32,000 bases of DNA from an uncultured Gemmatimonadota bacterium (GTDB lineage Bacteria; GCA-2686955; CAYMWF01): contig CAYMWF010000025.1 in the NCBI GenBank assembly GCA_964394085.1, positions 1 through 32,000 on the forward strand. Direction: 5' to 3'. The notes below the pieces were generated by a model. It saw nothing but the letters and a program-made list of their open reading frames with translations. It searched no databases and had not been told where the DNA came from. Shown one piece after another: positions 7,797 through 17,128 of this stretch (position 1 is the first letter of the stretch; each line of letters begins with the position of its first letter). Both the position numbers and the translations under genes were made by a program.

Positions 7797-9245
7797 ATGA
7801 CGACGAATAATATTCAGGAAGTATCACACGAATCCGGTGCCGCAGCACAAAAGACCGACCGGAAACATGACGAGAACAATTCGTTCCTGTCGGTCCTGCT
7901 TGCCGCCCGTCCGGCGGATAACGCCGAACACGGTCCCGCCACGGTCCCCGACATGCCCGCATCCCCGGATACGGACGGTTCGAATTCCCGGGCGGTCGAA
8001 ACAACGGCTTCCGCCCCATCCGGCAACCCGGAACAGGCCCCGTCGAAGGAGCTCACTCCCGAAGCGGCGGGCTCCGCGCAGCATTCGCCGGAGAACGAGC
8101 AAACCACCCGCGCATCGGTTCAGTCCGGTTCCCGATCCGCTGAAAACGGGAAAGCGGGCCTCGAACCGGGAACGGAACAGGCCGGAAACGGAAAACTTGC
8201 CGCCGTCCGGGAAGAATGGTCCGCGGGAGCAGCGGAAAACCCCGCGAGTCCCTCCTCCCCCGGTCGACCGGCAGGTAACGTCGCGGCGCTCCAGCCGGAA
8301 ACCGGAACGGCCGGAGAAAAAAGCTGGAACAGCATCGTTAAAGGGATCGAAATCCGTGAAAGCACCGCCGGTGGAAGCGCGCCGGGCGAATCCGGTTCAA
8401 ATACGGCTGATGAAGGCGGTCTCCCGGGCAAGGGGTTGAATCCGGAGGCCGAACTCGAGACGAAAACAGGCGCTCCGAACCGTGAAGCTCTTCCCTCTGA
8501 GAAGGCTGTTGAAACAGCGGATACAAAAACCCGTTCCGGGGGCGAACAGGTTGCGGGAAAAGGCGCCGGAGCAAGTAGTGAAAAAACCGGGAACGCAGGT
8601 GAAACGGCGGAAGCAGGGCGAACCGGGGAAACCAAAGGAGCGGGTGAAGGCGCGGAAACCAGGGGCGCGGGAGAAGCAGGGAAAGCCGGGGAGACCGGGG
8701 ACGAAACGGTAAAAACGGTTCAGGCGAACGGGAAAGGGGCCGCTTCACCGGCGACCGGAGCGGCAGGGGGAAGCGGGACGCCTCAGAGCGTCGCCGCCGA
8801 AACTCCTCCGGCGGAGGAGCTGATTCCCTTCAGGAACGCCGATGTGGAGGAAATGTTCAAGGCGGGCCGCCTCGCGGTTCTGCGTAACGGTAAAGAGGCG
8901 CGGCTCGTGCTCCATCCGCCGGAACTGGGCAAGCTGAGGATCCGGTTATATACCGGCCGAAACCGGAGCGCCGCGAGATTCGTGGTCGAAACTCCGGAAG
9001 CCAGGGAAGCGCTCCTTGCCGGAGAATCCCTGCTTAGGGAAGCATTCGACCGTCATGGTCTGGAGATAGAAGAATTCGAAGTGCTGGTAATCAATTTGGG
9101 GTCGGACGGGGAGAATGGCCGCTACGAAGATGAGGACGGTTCTGAAAAGGACGGTTCTCTAACCAGGAAGCAGTCATCGACTGAGAACAACGCGTCATTT
9201 ATGTCGAGCAAACACCCGTCCGGCCTGATCAATATATACGCGTAA
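7797..9245 (+). CDS. fliK: Flagellar hook-length control protein FliK
   Basis: Low-complexity Ala/Gly/Glu/Thr-rich N-terminal and middle regions, then C-terminal 'ARLVLHPPELGKLRIRLYTGRNRSAARFVVETPEAREALLAGESLLREAFDRHGLEIEEFEV' (Flg_hook type). ATG at 7797; the ORF track start at 7680 is probably too early. Confidence 0.88.
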   Translation: MTTNNIQEVSHESGAAAQKTDRKHDENNSFLSVLLAARPADNAEHGPATVPDMPASPDTDGSNSRAVETTASAPSGNPEQAPSKELTPEAAGSAQHSPENEQTTRASVQSGSRSAENGKAGLEPGTEQAGNGKLAAVREEWSAGAAENPASPSSPGRPAGNVAALQPETGTAGEKSWNSIVKGIEIRESTAGGSAPGESGSNTADEGGLPGKGLNPEAELETKTGAPNREALPSEKAVETADTKTRSGGEQVAGKGAGASSEKTGNAGETAEAGRTGETKGAGEGAETRGAGEAGKAGETGDETVKTVQANGKGAASPATGAAGGSGTPQSVAAETPPAEELIPFRNADVEEMFKAGRLAVLRNGKEARLVLHPPELGKLRIRLYTGRNRSAARFVVETPEAREALLAGESLLREAFDRHGLEIEEFEVLVINLGSDGENGRYEDEDGSEKDGSLTRKQSSTENNASFMSSKHPSGLINIYA

Positions 9246-9266
9246 GACCGGAAAGGAGGCGATTAG

Positions 9267-9920
9267 ATGCCGGTAAACGGAATCAACGGCGGTTCGAACA
9301 CACCGCAAACGCAATACAGCGCACCGATTCTGGGTAAAGACGATTTTCTGCAGCTGCTCACCACGAAGCTCAGGTACCAGGACCCGATGAACCCGATGGA
9401 GGATCACGAGTTCATCGCTCAACTGGCCCAGTTCAGCTCCCTCGAGCAGATGCAGAACATCAACGAAACGATGCAGACGCAGATCCTGCTGACCCAGAGC
9501 ACGAACAACGCCCTGGCCACCAGCCTGATCGGCAAAGACGTGCAGGCTCTCGGAAACAGCATCTCCCTCGAAGAAGCCGGAACGGCTGAAATTTCAATGG
9601 AGCTGCAGGCCGCGGCGGACGTCACGGTCCGCATCTACGACAAAGACGGAACCGTTGTGAGAACCCTCGCGGCAGGTTCGATGGAAGCCGGAGTGAATTC
9701 GACGACCTGGGACGGCCTCGATACAGGAGGAGAGTCTCTGCCGGCGGGAACCTATACCTACGAGGTTACCGCGATTGCGTCGGATAAAACCACGGTCGGC
9801 GTGACCACCTACACTACGGGACACGTGACCGGAGTGGAATTCGTAAACGGAGCCGCCGAGCTCCTGGTGAACGGGGTGCACATACCCCTGTCGGATGTAA
9901 TCAGGATCGACGAGATCTAG
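9267..9920 (+). CDS. flgD: Flagellar hook capping protein FlgD
   Basis: '[46 protein letters not shown]' and '[29 protein letters not shown]'. Confidence 0.97.
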   Translation: MPVNGINGGSNTPQTQYSAPILGKDDFLQLLTTKLRYQDPMNPMEDHEFIAQLAQFSSLEQMQNINETMQTQILLTQSTNNALATSLIGKDVQALGNSISLEEAGTAEISMELQAAADVTVRIYDKDGTVVRTLAAGSMEAGVNSTTWDGLDTGGESLPAGTYTYEVTAIASDKTTVGVTTYTTGHVTGVEFVNGAAELLVNGVHIPLSDVIRIDEI

Positions 9921-9942
9921 AGAAAAGGAGCGGAACACACTC

Positions 9943-10338
9943 ATGAAAACGGGCGGAATTGATAAAGCGGCGCCTGTAAGCGGTGTAAACGGCTTATCGC
10001 CGGCGCATCGTGGAAAGGCGCCCGGGAAAGCGGCCGACGGAGCTTCCTTCAACAGGATTCTGAAGGACAAGCTGGGAAGCGCTCCCGATATCAAATTCTC
10101 AGGACACGCCGCCGAGCGGCTTCAATCGCGCAATATCCGTTTATCCCCCGCCGACAAGACTTCGCTCAGTGAAGCGATGACCATGGCGGAATCGAAGGGC
10201 GCGAAGGAATCGCTCGTGGTCTACAAGGATCAGATCCTCGTAGTGAGCGTGCCGAACAGAACCGTAATCACCGCGGTGGGTAAAAACGCCGCAGAGCCGA
10301 AGATATTCACCAATATCGACAGTGCGGTGATTCTTTGA
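9943..10338 (+). CDS. Flagellar operon protein (TIGR02530-like)
   Basis: 'FNRILKDKLGSAPDIKFSGHAAERLQSRNIRLSPADKTSLSEAMTMAESKGAKESLVVYKDQILVVSVPNRTVITAVGKNAAEPKIFTNIDSAVIL', in the usual position between flgD and flgE. Confidence 0.85.
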   Translation: MKTGGIDKAAPVSGVNGLSPAHRGKAPGKAADGASFNRILKDKLGSAPDIKFSGHAAERLQSRNIRLSPADKTSLSEAMTMAESKGAKESLVVYKDQILVVSVPNRTVITAVGKNAAEPKIFTNIDSAVIL

Positions 10339-10358
10339 AAAGTACGAAAAGTACCGGG

Positions 10359-10389
10359 GCCGGACCCCTCACGGGGAAGCCTCGCCGGC
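10359..10389 (+). promoter_or_regulatory. Possible nested hairpin in the 96-bp gap upstream of flgE
   Basis: Outer arms gccgg/ccggc (10359-10363 / 10385-10389) enclose cccc-tcac-gggg (10365-10376). Structure inferred by eye only. Confidence 0.25.
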
Positions 10390-10434
10390 AAACGGCCGAA
10401 TGCCGAAGCCGGAAGGTGTAAAGGAGCAGACAAA

Positions 10435-13137
10435 ATGATGAAGTCACTACTCACAGGATCCACCGGACTGAAAAGCCATCAGTTCAGGATGAACGTGATA
10501 GGTAATAACATCGCAAACATCAACACGATAGGCTTCAAGGCGGGAAGAGCGAGCTTCAGCGAAATGATGGCAAGCACCCTCCAGGGAGCCCGCAGACCCG
10601 AGTCGGGCATCGGCGGGGTGAACCCGATTCAACTCGGCGGAGGCGTCGCCGTGGGAGGCGTCGACAACATATTCACCCAGGGAAGTCTCGAATTCACGGG
10701 GGTCACCACCGACCTCGCCACGATAGGAACCGGGTTCCTGATCGTCTCGGACGGCAGCAGCAACTTTTACACGAGGACTTCGGGGTTCCTGTTCGACGCC
10801 AACGGCCAGCTCGTTGATGCAGCGTCGGGCATGGTGCTCCAGGGAGTAATGGCCAATGCCGACGGCGTGCTCGGCGGTTCCTCCATCGAGGATATCTCGA
10901 TCCCGATGGACCTTACCGACCCGGCGAACGCCACGACCCGCGTAACTTACGGCGGCAACCTCGACGCATCCGAATCCCCGCTCGGGACGATTCTCGACTC
11001 CTCCTCCCTCCTCGCGCTCGCAGATTCGGACGATTCCCTTTCCGCGTTGCGGGATTCTTACGGGAGCGCTCTCGGCCTGACGTCGGGAGACAGCCTGAAG
11101 GTGAGCTGCAGCGCCACCGGGACGACCGAGACGGACGAGCTCTACAACACGTCCGGAGTCAGCTTCAGCCTGAACGCCGGCGACGAGTTCACGGTTTCGG
11201 CGACCAAGGTGGAGATGGATTCCACAGCGGTCCCGGGCGACGTGGACAACGCGTTCAGCTTCAGCCTGACGGTGGGCGGAACCGCTTACACCGTGAACGT
11301 CTCCAAGACCGATACCGGTGACGGCGCCGAATACGACAAGGTGGAGGTGGTCGACAGCATCCGCGCCGACATTATCAATTCGGGCGCCCCCGTGGTGGTC
11401 GAAAACAACATGGACGGCAGCTTCACCATCACCGCCATCGACCAGACCACCGACGTCATCGTAAACGGAACCCAGGGCGAGCTGGATCAGGTCGGCCTCC
11501 TCAACGGGCAGGCGATAACAGCGGATTACGATACAGTCACCATCGGGCAGGGAGACACTTTCAGCGATTTCCTGGCCGATATCGAAGCCGCCCTCGACCT
11601 TACAGGATCGGGATCGGCCTTTACCGTGGCCCAGAACAGCGACGGAAGCTTCACCATAACCCACGGCACCGGCACCGCCGATGCATCGATCGAGATCCGG
11701 GCTTCATCGCCGGCGAACAGCCTCTTCGCCACGGCGATATCGGAACTCCAGGGAGAGCTCGAAGTCGGAGACACCTCCGACGACACCGACCGGTTCACCG
11801 TTCAGTCCGAAATCGTGTTCGGAACCGATTTCGAAGACCTCGAGGAGCTGGCGGAAAGCATCACCGACTCCCTCGGTAAAGCTTCAGGCGCCTTCGCGGC
11901 GACATACTCCGAATCCACCGGAAAACTTTCATACCTGAACGGAACCGGCGGCTCGGATCTTTACGATATCTCAATCACGACCTCGCCGACGAACCAGTCC
12001 TTCGAAACCGCTCTGAGCCTCTCGGACGAGGATATCACCGCGGATGACAGCTCACTCGACTCGACCTATTTCCTGAGAACCGCCGAATCGGATGACAACC
12101 TGATCGAGCTCTATACCGATTCCGGCGACTGGATGGAGATGACCCTCGGCGACGAGCTGGCGATCGACGCCCAGGTGGGAGGAGCGCCTGTGCTCACCAT
12201 GTCCACCATCATCGGCACCGACATCTCGACCTACGGCGAGCTTGCCGAAAAGGTCGAAGAAGCTCTCGGTCTGGATGAAGGAACCGGAGTCTCGATCGAT
12301 TCCGACGGCTCACTGAAAGTCAACGGAACCCCGGGCGAGGCGAACGCCGTCAGCGAACTTTCGATCTCCTCTTCGGGGAACACGGTGCTGGCCTCGGGGT
12401 TCAACTTCTCCGAGCTCCAGGAAGCCGCGGACGTGACGAAATCGGTATCGGCCATCGTATACGACTCGCTGGGCGACAACCATTCGGTGACCCTGACATT
12501 CAAGAAGTCCGAAATCCCCAACCGCTGGACCTGGACCGCCGACACCGGCGGCGACGAAGTGATAACCGGCGGCAGTTCCGGAACCATCCTGTTCAACGAG
12601 GACGGCTCCCTCGCCGCCTTCTCGATTTCAGACGGCGCGCCCCTCTCCTTCGAACCCGGTAACGGCGCAGCAGCAATGGAGATAGACCTTTTTGCCGGAA
12701 CTGCGGATTCCCGCGATGGAATCACCCAGTTCGCATCCACATCCTCCGTTCAGTCGACGAGCCAGGACGGATGGGGCGAAGGAACCCTGAGCACCATCGG
12801 AATCGACTCGGCCGGCATAATCTCGGGACAGTTCACGAACGGGATCACCAGGAACCTGGCACAAATCCACGTGGCTGAATTCAACAATCCCGGCGGGCTC
12901 GAAAAGGCGAGCGACAATCTTTACACCGCTTCGCCCAACTCGGGAGATCCGAAAGTCGGAGCCGCCGGCCCGGCCGGAGGCACTGCGGTGTCTTCCGGGT
13001 ACCTGGAAATGTCCAATGTGGACCTTTCATCGGAATTCACAAGCATGATCATGACCCAGCGCGGATTCCAGGCAAACGCCAGGATAATCACGACATCGGA
13101 CGAAATGCTCGTGGATACGGTGAGCCTGAAACGTTAG
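10435..13137 (+). CDS. flgE: Flagellar hook protein FlgE (unusually large, 900 aa)
   Basis: N-term 'LLTGSTGLKSHQFRMNVIGNNIANINTIGFKAGRASFSEMM' and C-term 'GYLEMSNVDLSSEFTSMIMTQRGFQANARIITTSDEMLVDTVSLKR' flank a long central region. Confidence 0.96.
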   Translation: MMKSLLTGSTGLKSHQFRMNVIGNNIANINTIGFKAGRASFSEMMASTLQGARRPESGIGGVNPIQLGGGVAVGGVDNIFTQGSLEFTGVTTDLATIGTGFLIVSDGSSNFYTRTSGFLFDANGQLVDAASGMVLQGVMANADGVLGGSSIEDISIPMDLTDPANATTRVTYGGNLDASESPLGTILDSSSLLALADSDDSLSALRDSYGSALGLTSGDSLKVSCSATGTTETDELYNTSGVSFSLNAGDEFTVSATKVEMDSTAVPGDVDNAFSFSLTVGGTAYTVNVSKTDTGDGAEYDKVEVVDSIRADIINSGAPVVVENNMDGSFTITAIDQTTDVIVNGTQGELDQVGLLNGQAITADYDTVTIGQGDTFSDFLADIEAALDLTGSGSAFTVAQNSDGSFTITHGTGTADASIEIRASSPANSLFATAISELQGELEVGDTSDDTDRFTVQSEIVFGTDFEDLEELAESITDSLGKASGAFAATYSESTGKLSYLNGTGGSDLYDISITTSPTNQSFETALSLSDEDITADDSSLDSTYFLRTAESDDNLIELYTDSGDWMEMTLGDELAIDAQVGGAPVLTMSTIIGTDISTYGELAEKVEEALGLDEGTGVSIDSDGSLKVNGTPGEANAVSELSISSSGNTVLASGFNFSELQEAADVTKSVSAIVYDSLGDNHSVTLTFKKSEIPNRWTWTADTGGDEVITGGSSGTILFNEDGSLAAFSISDGAPLSFEPGNGAAAMEIDLFAGTADSRDGITQFASTSSVQSTSQDGWGEGTLSTIGIDSAGIISGQFTNGITRNLAQIHVAEFNNPGGLEKASDNLYTASPNSGDPKVGAAGPAGGTAVSSGYLEMSNVDLSSEFTSMIMTQRGFQANARIITTSDEMLVDTVSLKR

Positions 13138-13237
13138 AGGGATTCATGACGGCAATTGACGTCAATCGAAGGAAGCACGCGAAAACGCCGTCGAAAACAC
13201 GGGACTGTCTCCCGTGGTCAAGGAAAGGTGAAGAGTT

Positions 13238-14014
13238 TTGGATCTGACCACAATAATAGGAATCGTACTGGGTTTCACATTTGTCGTCATAACGATTCTG
13301 CTGGGCGGAAGTCTGCTCGGATTCGTCAACGCTCCTTCACTCATGATCGTGATCGGCGGCACCTTCGCGGCGGTTCTCATCACCTATCCTGTCGCCCAGG
13401 TGAAAAGGGTGGTTCCGGTGGTGAAGAACGCTTTCTTCGAAAAAAACTTCTCTCCCATCGAATTGATTCAGCGGATGGTGTCTTTCTCGCACAAAGCCAG
13501 ACGGGAAGGCCTTCTCGCTCTTGAAAAAGAGTGTGAGGAGATCGACGACAAGTTCCTGAAGAGCGGCATCGAGCTCGTAGTGGACGGAACCGAGCCGGAA
13601 CTCATCCAGACGATCCTCGCTACTGAGATCGTAAACATCGAGGACCGCCACTCCACGGGCAAGAAGCTTCTCGCATCCATGGCGGAGTACGCACCCGCCT
13701 TCGGAATGATCGGAACCCTGATCGGCCTGGTGCTGATGCTCAACATGATGGAGGACCCATCCGCAATCGGTCCGGGTATGGCGGTGGCGCTTCTCACCAC
13801 GCTCTACGGCAGTATCCTGGCGAATCTCGTTTTCACTCCTCTTGCGGGAAAGCTCGGCAACAAATCTGAAGAAGAAATGCTTCTCAAGCAGCTGACGGTC
13901 ACGGGGATTCTCTCGATCCAGTCGGGGGACAACCCGAGGGTGCTGGAACAGAAGCTAATGTCCTTCCTGGCGCCCGACCTGAGAAGTATCGATTCGGAAG
14001 AGGCGCAGGAATAG
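13238..14014 (+). CDS. motA: Flagellar motor stator protein MotA (short MotA/PomA-like type)
   Basis: 'MDLTTIIGIVLGFTFVVITILLGGSLLGFVNAPSLMIVIGGTFAAVLITYP' and 'YAPAFGMIGTLIGLVLMLNMMEDPSAIGPGMAVALLTTLYGSILANLVFTPLAGKL'. TTG start. Confidence 0.97.
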   Translation: MDLTTIIGIVLGFTFVVITILLGGSLLGFVNAPSLMIVIGGTFAAVLITYPVAQVKRVVPVVKNAFFEKNFSPIELIQRMVSFSHKARREGLLALEKECEEIDDKFLKSGIELVVDGTEPELIQTILATEIVNIEDRHSTGKKLLASMAEYAPAFGMIGTLIGLVLMLNMMEDPSAIGPGMAVALLTTLYGSILANLVFTPLAGKLGNKSEEEMLLKQLTVTGILSIQSGDNPRVLEQKLMSFLAPDLRSIDSEEAQE

Positions 14015-14027
14015 GAATAAAGGGAAG

Positions 14028-14807
14028 ATGGAAGGCAAAAAAAAGGAAGAAGCCTCGGGCGGCGCTCCAGCCTGGATGGTGACGTACGGTGACATGGTGA
14101 CACTTCTTCTCACCTTCTTCGTGCTGCTTCTTTCATTCTCGTCAATCCAGGAAAGCAAGTTCAGGGAGGCGATCGGCTCTCTGAAGGGTTCTCTCGGTCT
14201 TCTGACCGGTCAGAACAAAGTGGTCGTCCAGTCCTACATCCCGCCGATCAAAGTCTCTGCAGTCCAGAAAAAGAGTGAAATCCAGGATATGATTCATGCT
14301 CTTCAGGATTTTATAGAGCGGGAACGCCTGGAGGATAAGGTCAAGCTGGAATTCAAGGACGACGGTCTGAATATCGTCATTTCCGATCCTGTGCTTTTCT
14401 CCCTTGGAAAAGCCGACCTGAAGCCCACCAGTTTCCCGCTGATCAAACGGATCGCCGGCGTGCTTTCGAACTTCGATTCGGAAATCCATATAAAAGGACA
14501 CACCTGCGATCTCCCGATACACAATCTCGAATTCGAATCGAACTGGGAATTGTCCGCGGCAAGGGCTCTGGAAGTAGTGAAAGTACTGATTGATTCAAAC
14601 ATATCGCCGGAAAAGCTTTCCGCGGTCGCCTACTCCCAGTACAGACCGACAAATCCGAATGATCTCGAAGACAACCGGCGGAAGAACCGCAGGGTGGAGA
14701 TTTTCGTACCCGAAGAAGACTTCGACGAGCTCATGAGAGCTACCATACCGAAAAACATGACTGAAGATCCCGGAAAGAACCCGGTAGCGGAGGTTGGTTA
14801 TGAGTGA
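14028..14807 (+). CDS. motB: Flagellar motor stator protein MotB
   Basis: 'GAPAWMVTYGDMVTLLLTFFVLLLSFSSIQESKF' TM with conserved Asp; C-terminal OmpA-like 'IHIKGHTCDLPIHNLEFESNWELSAARALEVVKVLI'. Confidence 0.95.
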   Translation: MEGKKKEEASGGAPAWMVTYGDMVTLLLTFFVLLLSFSSIQESKFREAIGSLKGSLGLLTGQNKVVVQSYIPPIKVSAVQKKSEIQDMIHALQDFIERERLEDKVKLEFKDDGLNIVISDPVLFSLGKADLKPTSFPLIKRIAGVLSNFDSEIHIKGHTCDLPIHNLEFESNWELSAARALEVVKVLIDSNISPEKLSAVAYSQYRPTNPNDLEDNRRKNRRVEIFVPEEDFDELMRATIPKNMTEDPGKNPVAEVGYE

Positions 14808-15297
14808 CGAGGCAGCCCCAGAGGTTGAAGAGAAAGAAAAAAAAGGCAAGGGAGTCCTGATAGCCGTTGTCGCGGTTTTCGTCGTGCTCCAGGCGGTTGT
14901 CACCTTTTTTATCGTTCAGAAAACCGTTTTTTCGAAAAATACGGAAGGAGCCGAAGCTTCTCAGGAGGAGATTCTTGAAGAAGCGGCTGATGAGCCCGGT
15001 CTCACATTTCCGCTCGAGAACCTCATCGTGAATCCGGCGGGATGCAATGGACTCAGGTTCGTAAAAATATCGATGATACTCGAAACCTACGAGGAAGATG
15101 TCATAGCCGAACTCGAGGTACGCACATACCGGATCAACGATATTCTCATCCGGCTTCTCTCCTCCAAGAGTATAGAGGATCTCGACTCCGGATGGAAGAG
15201 GGACAGTCTGAAAACCGAAATGATCGAAGCTGTGAATGGACAGGTCGGCGAAGGCGGTGTTTCAAATATCTACTTCACCGACTTCATCATCCAGTAA
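14800..15297 (+). CDS. fliL: Flagellar basal body-associated protein FliL
   Basis: Single TM after a charged N-terminus, then 'LTFPLENLIVNPAGCNGLRFVKISMILETYEEDVIAELEVRTYRINDILIRLLSSKS'. ATG at 14800 with cggaggt SD, overlapping the motB stop. Confidence 0.92.
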   Translation: MSDEAAPEVEEKEKKGKGVLIAVVAVFVVLQAVVTFFIVQKTVFSKNTEGAEASQEEILEEAADEPGLTFPLENLIVNPAGCNGLRFVKISMILETYEEDVIAELEVRTYRINDILIRLLSSKSIEDLDSGWKRDSLKTEMIEAVNGQVGEGGVSNIYFTDFIIQ

Positions 15298-15312
15298 ATA
15301 TCGGAGGAAAGC

Positions 15313-16329
15313 GTGACCAAGTTCCTTTCTCAAAACGAAATAGACTCCCTTCTCGATTCTTTCTCCACGGGAGACATGGAGGTTGAACCGGACTCTCCCG
15401 AACTGGCGCCTTCAGACGAGAAGATCAAGCTCTACGATTTCAAGCGGCCCAACAGGATCTCGAAAGATCAAATCAGGACGCTTCACCTGGTCCACGATTC
15501 ATTCGCGCGCCATTTGTCGAATTCTCTTTCTTCCGTCCTGCGGAGTTTCATCGAGGTCCAGGTCGAATCGATAGACCAGGTGACATACAACGAGGTGATC
15601 GTTTCGATGCCCAGCCCCACCGCTGTTTACATATTCCGGATAGAACCCTTCGGAAGGCAGGGATTCCTGGAGGTGAACCTCCCCCTGGTCTTCTCGATCA
15701 TCGACCGGGTATTCGGAGGCAAGGGGGCGGCGAAGACGTGCAACAGGGAACTCACCCTGATCGAAGAATCGGTCATGAAGAAGATCGCCAACTCGGCCAT
15801 GAACGATCTGGCGGCAGCCTGGCTCCCCTTCTATGAAATGAACATCGAGCTGGAAACGCTCCAGACCAATCCGCGCTTCCTCCAGATCTCGTTCCAGCAC
15901 GATATCGTGCTGTACCTGTCATTCAAGGTGATCATGGAAATGAGCTACGGATTCATCAACCTCTGTTTCCCATACCTGACCCTCGAACCGATGATACAGA
16001 ACCTTACAGGTCAGAAATGGCTCAGGGCCGCCACCATGGCGGATGAAAACGCCATGAAGAATCACTTTGCAAAAGAACTGCTGGAAACGCAGCTGGATAT
16101 CGTCGCCGAGCTGGGAAAAAGTGAAATCCGTATCGGAGAGCTGCTCAATCTCGAAAAGGGCGACGTTATCAGGCTCGATCAGAATGTAGACGCTCCCATT
16201 TCTCTGAATGTCGGAGGAATCGACAAGATGCAGGGATATCCAGGTTTAAAGAAACGTTCCCGCGCGGTCAAGCTTACGGACGTCCAGCTCAAGCTTGCCG
16301 ATTTTTCAAAAGGAGACGACCATGAATGA
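15313..16329 (+). CDS. fliM: Flagellar motor switch protein FliM
   Basis: 'FLSQNEIDSLLDSF' (CheY-P-binding-type N-terminus), 'YDFKRPNRISKDQIRTLHLVHDSFARHLSNSLSSVLRSFIEVQVESIDQVTYNEVI', SpoA-like C-terminus. GTG start. Confidence 0.98.
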   Translation: MTKFLSQNEIDSLLDSFSTGDMEVEPDSPELAPSDEKIKLYDFKRPNRISKDQIRTLHLVHDSFARHLSNSLSSVLRSFIEVQVESIDQVTYNEVIVSMPSPTAVYIFRIEPFGRQGFLEVNLPLVFSIIDRVFGGKGAAKTCNRELTLIEESVMKKIANSAMNDLAAAWLPFYEMNIELETLQTNPRFLQISFQHDIVLYLSFKVIMEMSYGFINLCFPYLTLEPMIQNLTGQKWLRAATMADENAMKNHFAKELLETQLDIVAELGKSEIRIGELLNLEKGDVIRLDQNVDAPISLNVGGIDKMQGYPGLKKRSRAVKLTDVQLKLADFSKGDDHE

Positions 16330-17107
16330 AACCCCGGAAAACAGCAGCGTTGAAGAAGCTCCGGAAGAACAGGCCGTGAATGAACCTTCCGTGGAGCCCG
16401 GGGATATGAGCGAGGCGATCGAACCGGAAGCGTCGGTTGCGACCTCGGATGAGACCCCGGATAGTTCCGAATCGGAGGATCCCGGTTCGACCGGTGAAGA
16501 GGTTGCGGCGGAGGCCGAGGATACGGCTGAGACCGCCGAATCCTTCGAATTCGCCGAAACGGCGGAGGATACGGAACCGGCGGCGGACTCTGAAGATACC
16601 GGATCCACCGAAGATGCGGATGCTTCCCCGGAATCGGAAGAAGCATTCGATTTCGACGGAAGTTTCGCTTCGGATGAGGATATGGAAGATCAGGAGCCGC
16701 AGACCAGCGCCGAGGAAGACGGATTCGACCTGCAGGCCCTCGAAAACTCCGGCCTCTTCGACGATGGACAGGCCGGCGAAAATGCCGAAGTGCGTGCACA
16801 GCCTGCGCGGTTCCAGGAGCTGGATGACCTGATCGAAAGCAATTCACGGGCGGATATCGACATGCTGCTGGACATTTCGCTGCCCATGGTTGTCGAGCTC
16901 GGCAGAACGAAGATGCTCATCCAGGACATCCTTTCACTCAAGTCGGGTTCAGTGATCACCCTCGACAAACTGACAGGCGAGCCGGCGAATCTCGTCATCA
17001 ACGGCAAAGTCATGGCAACCGGCGAGATCGTGGTAATCGACGAGAATTTCGGTATCAGGGTGACCAACCTGGTCAAACCGATGGACCGGCTCAAAGAGAA
17101 GAATTGA
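16322..17107 (+). CDS. fliN: Flagellar motor switch protein FliN with long acidic N-terminal extension
   Basis: C-terminal SpoA domain 'IDMLLDISLPMVVELGRTKMLIQDILSLKSGSVITLDKLTGEPANLVINGKVMATGEIVVIDENFGIRVTNLV', preceded by ~170 residues rich in E/D/S/T/A. ATG at 16322 overlaps the fliM stop. Confidence 0.94.
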   Translation: MNETPENSSVEEAPEEQAVNEPSVEPGDMSEAIEPEASVATSDETPDSSESEDPGSTGEEVAAEAEDTAETAESFEFAETAEDTEPAADSEDTGSTEDADASPESEEAFDFDGSFASDEDMEDQEPQTSAEEDGFDLQALENSGLFDDGQAGENAEVRAQPARFQELDDLIESNSRADIDMLLDISLPMVVELGRTKMLIQDILSLKSGSVITLDKLTGEPANLVINGKVMATGEIVVIDENFGIRVTNLVKPMDRLKEKN

Positions 17108-17128
17108 CACAGGGAAGGAAGGCTGTTC

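Noticed and set aside
10447-11664. Long minus-strand ORF (405 aa) inside flgE
   Set aside because: A shadow ORF opposite a clearly coding hook gene in GC-rich DNA; its translation is Val/Gly/Arg/His-rich with no domain signature.
13156-13524. Plus-strand ORF (122 aa) overlapping the motA start
   Set aside because: Out of frame with the strong MotA call, Arg-rich, with no FlbD-like motif.
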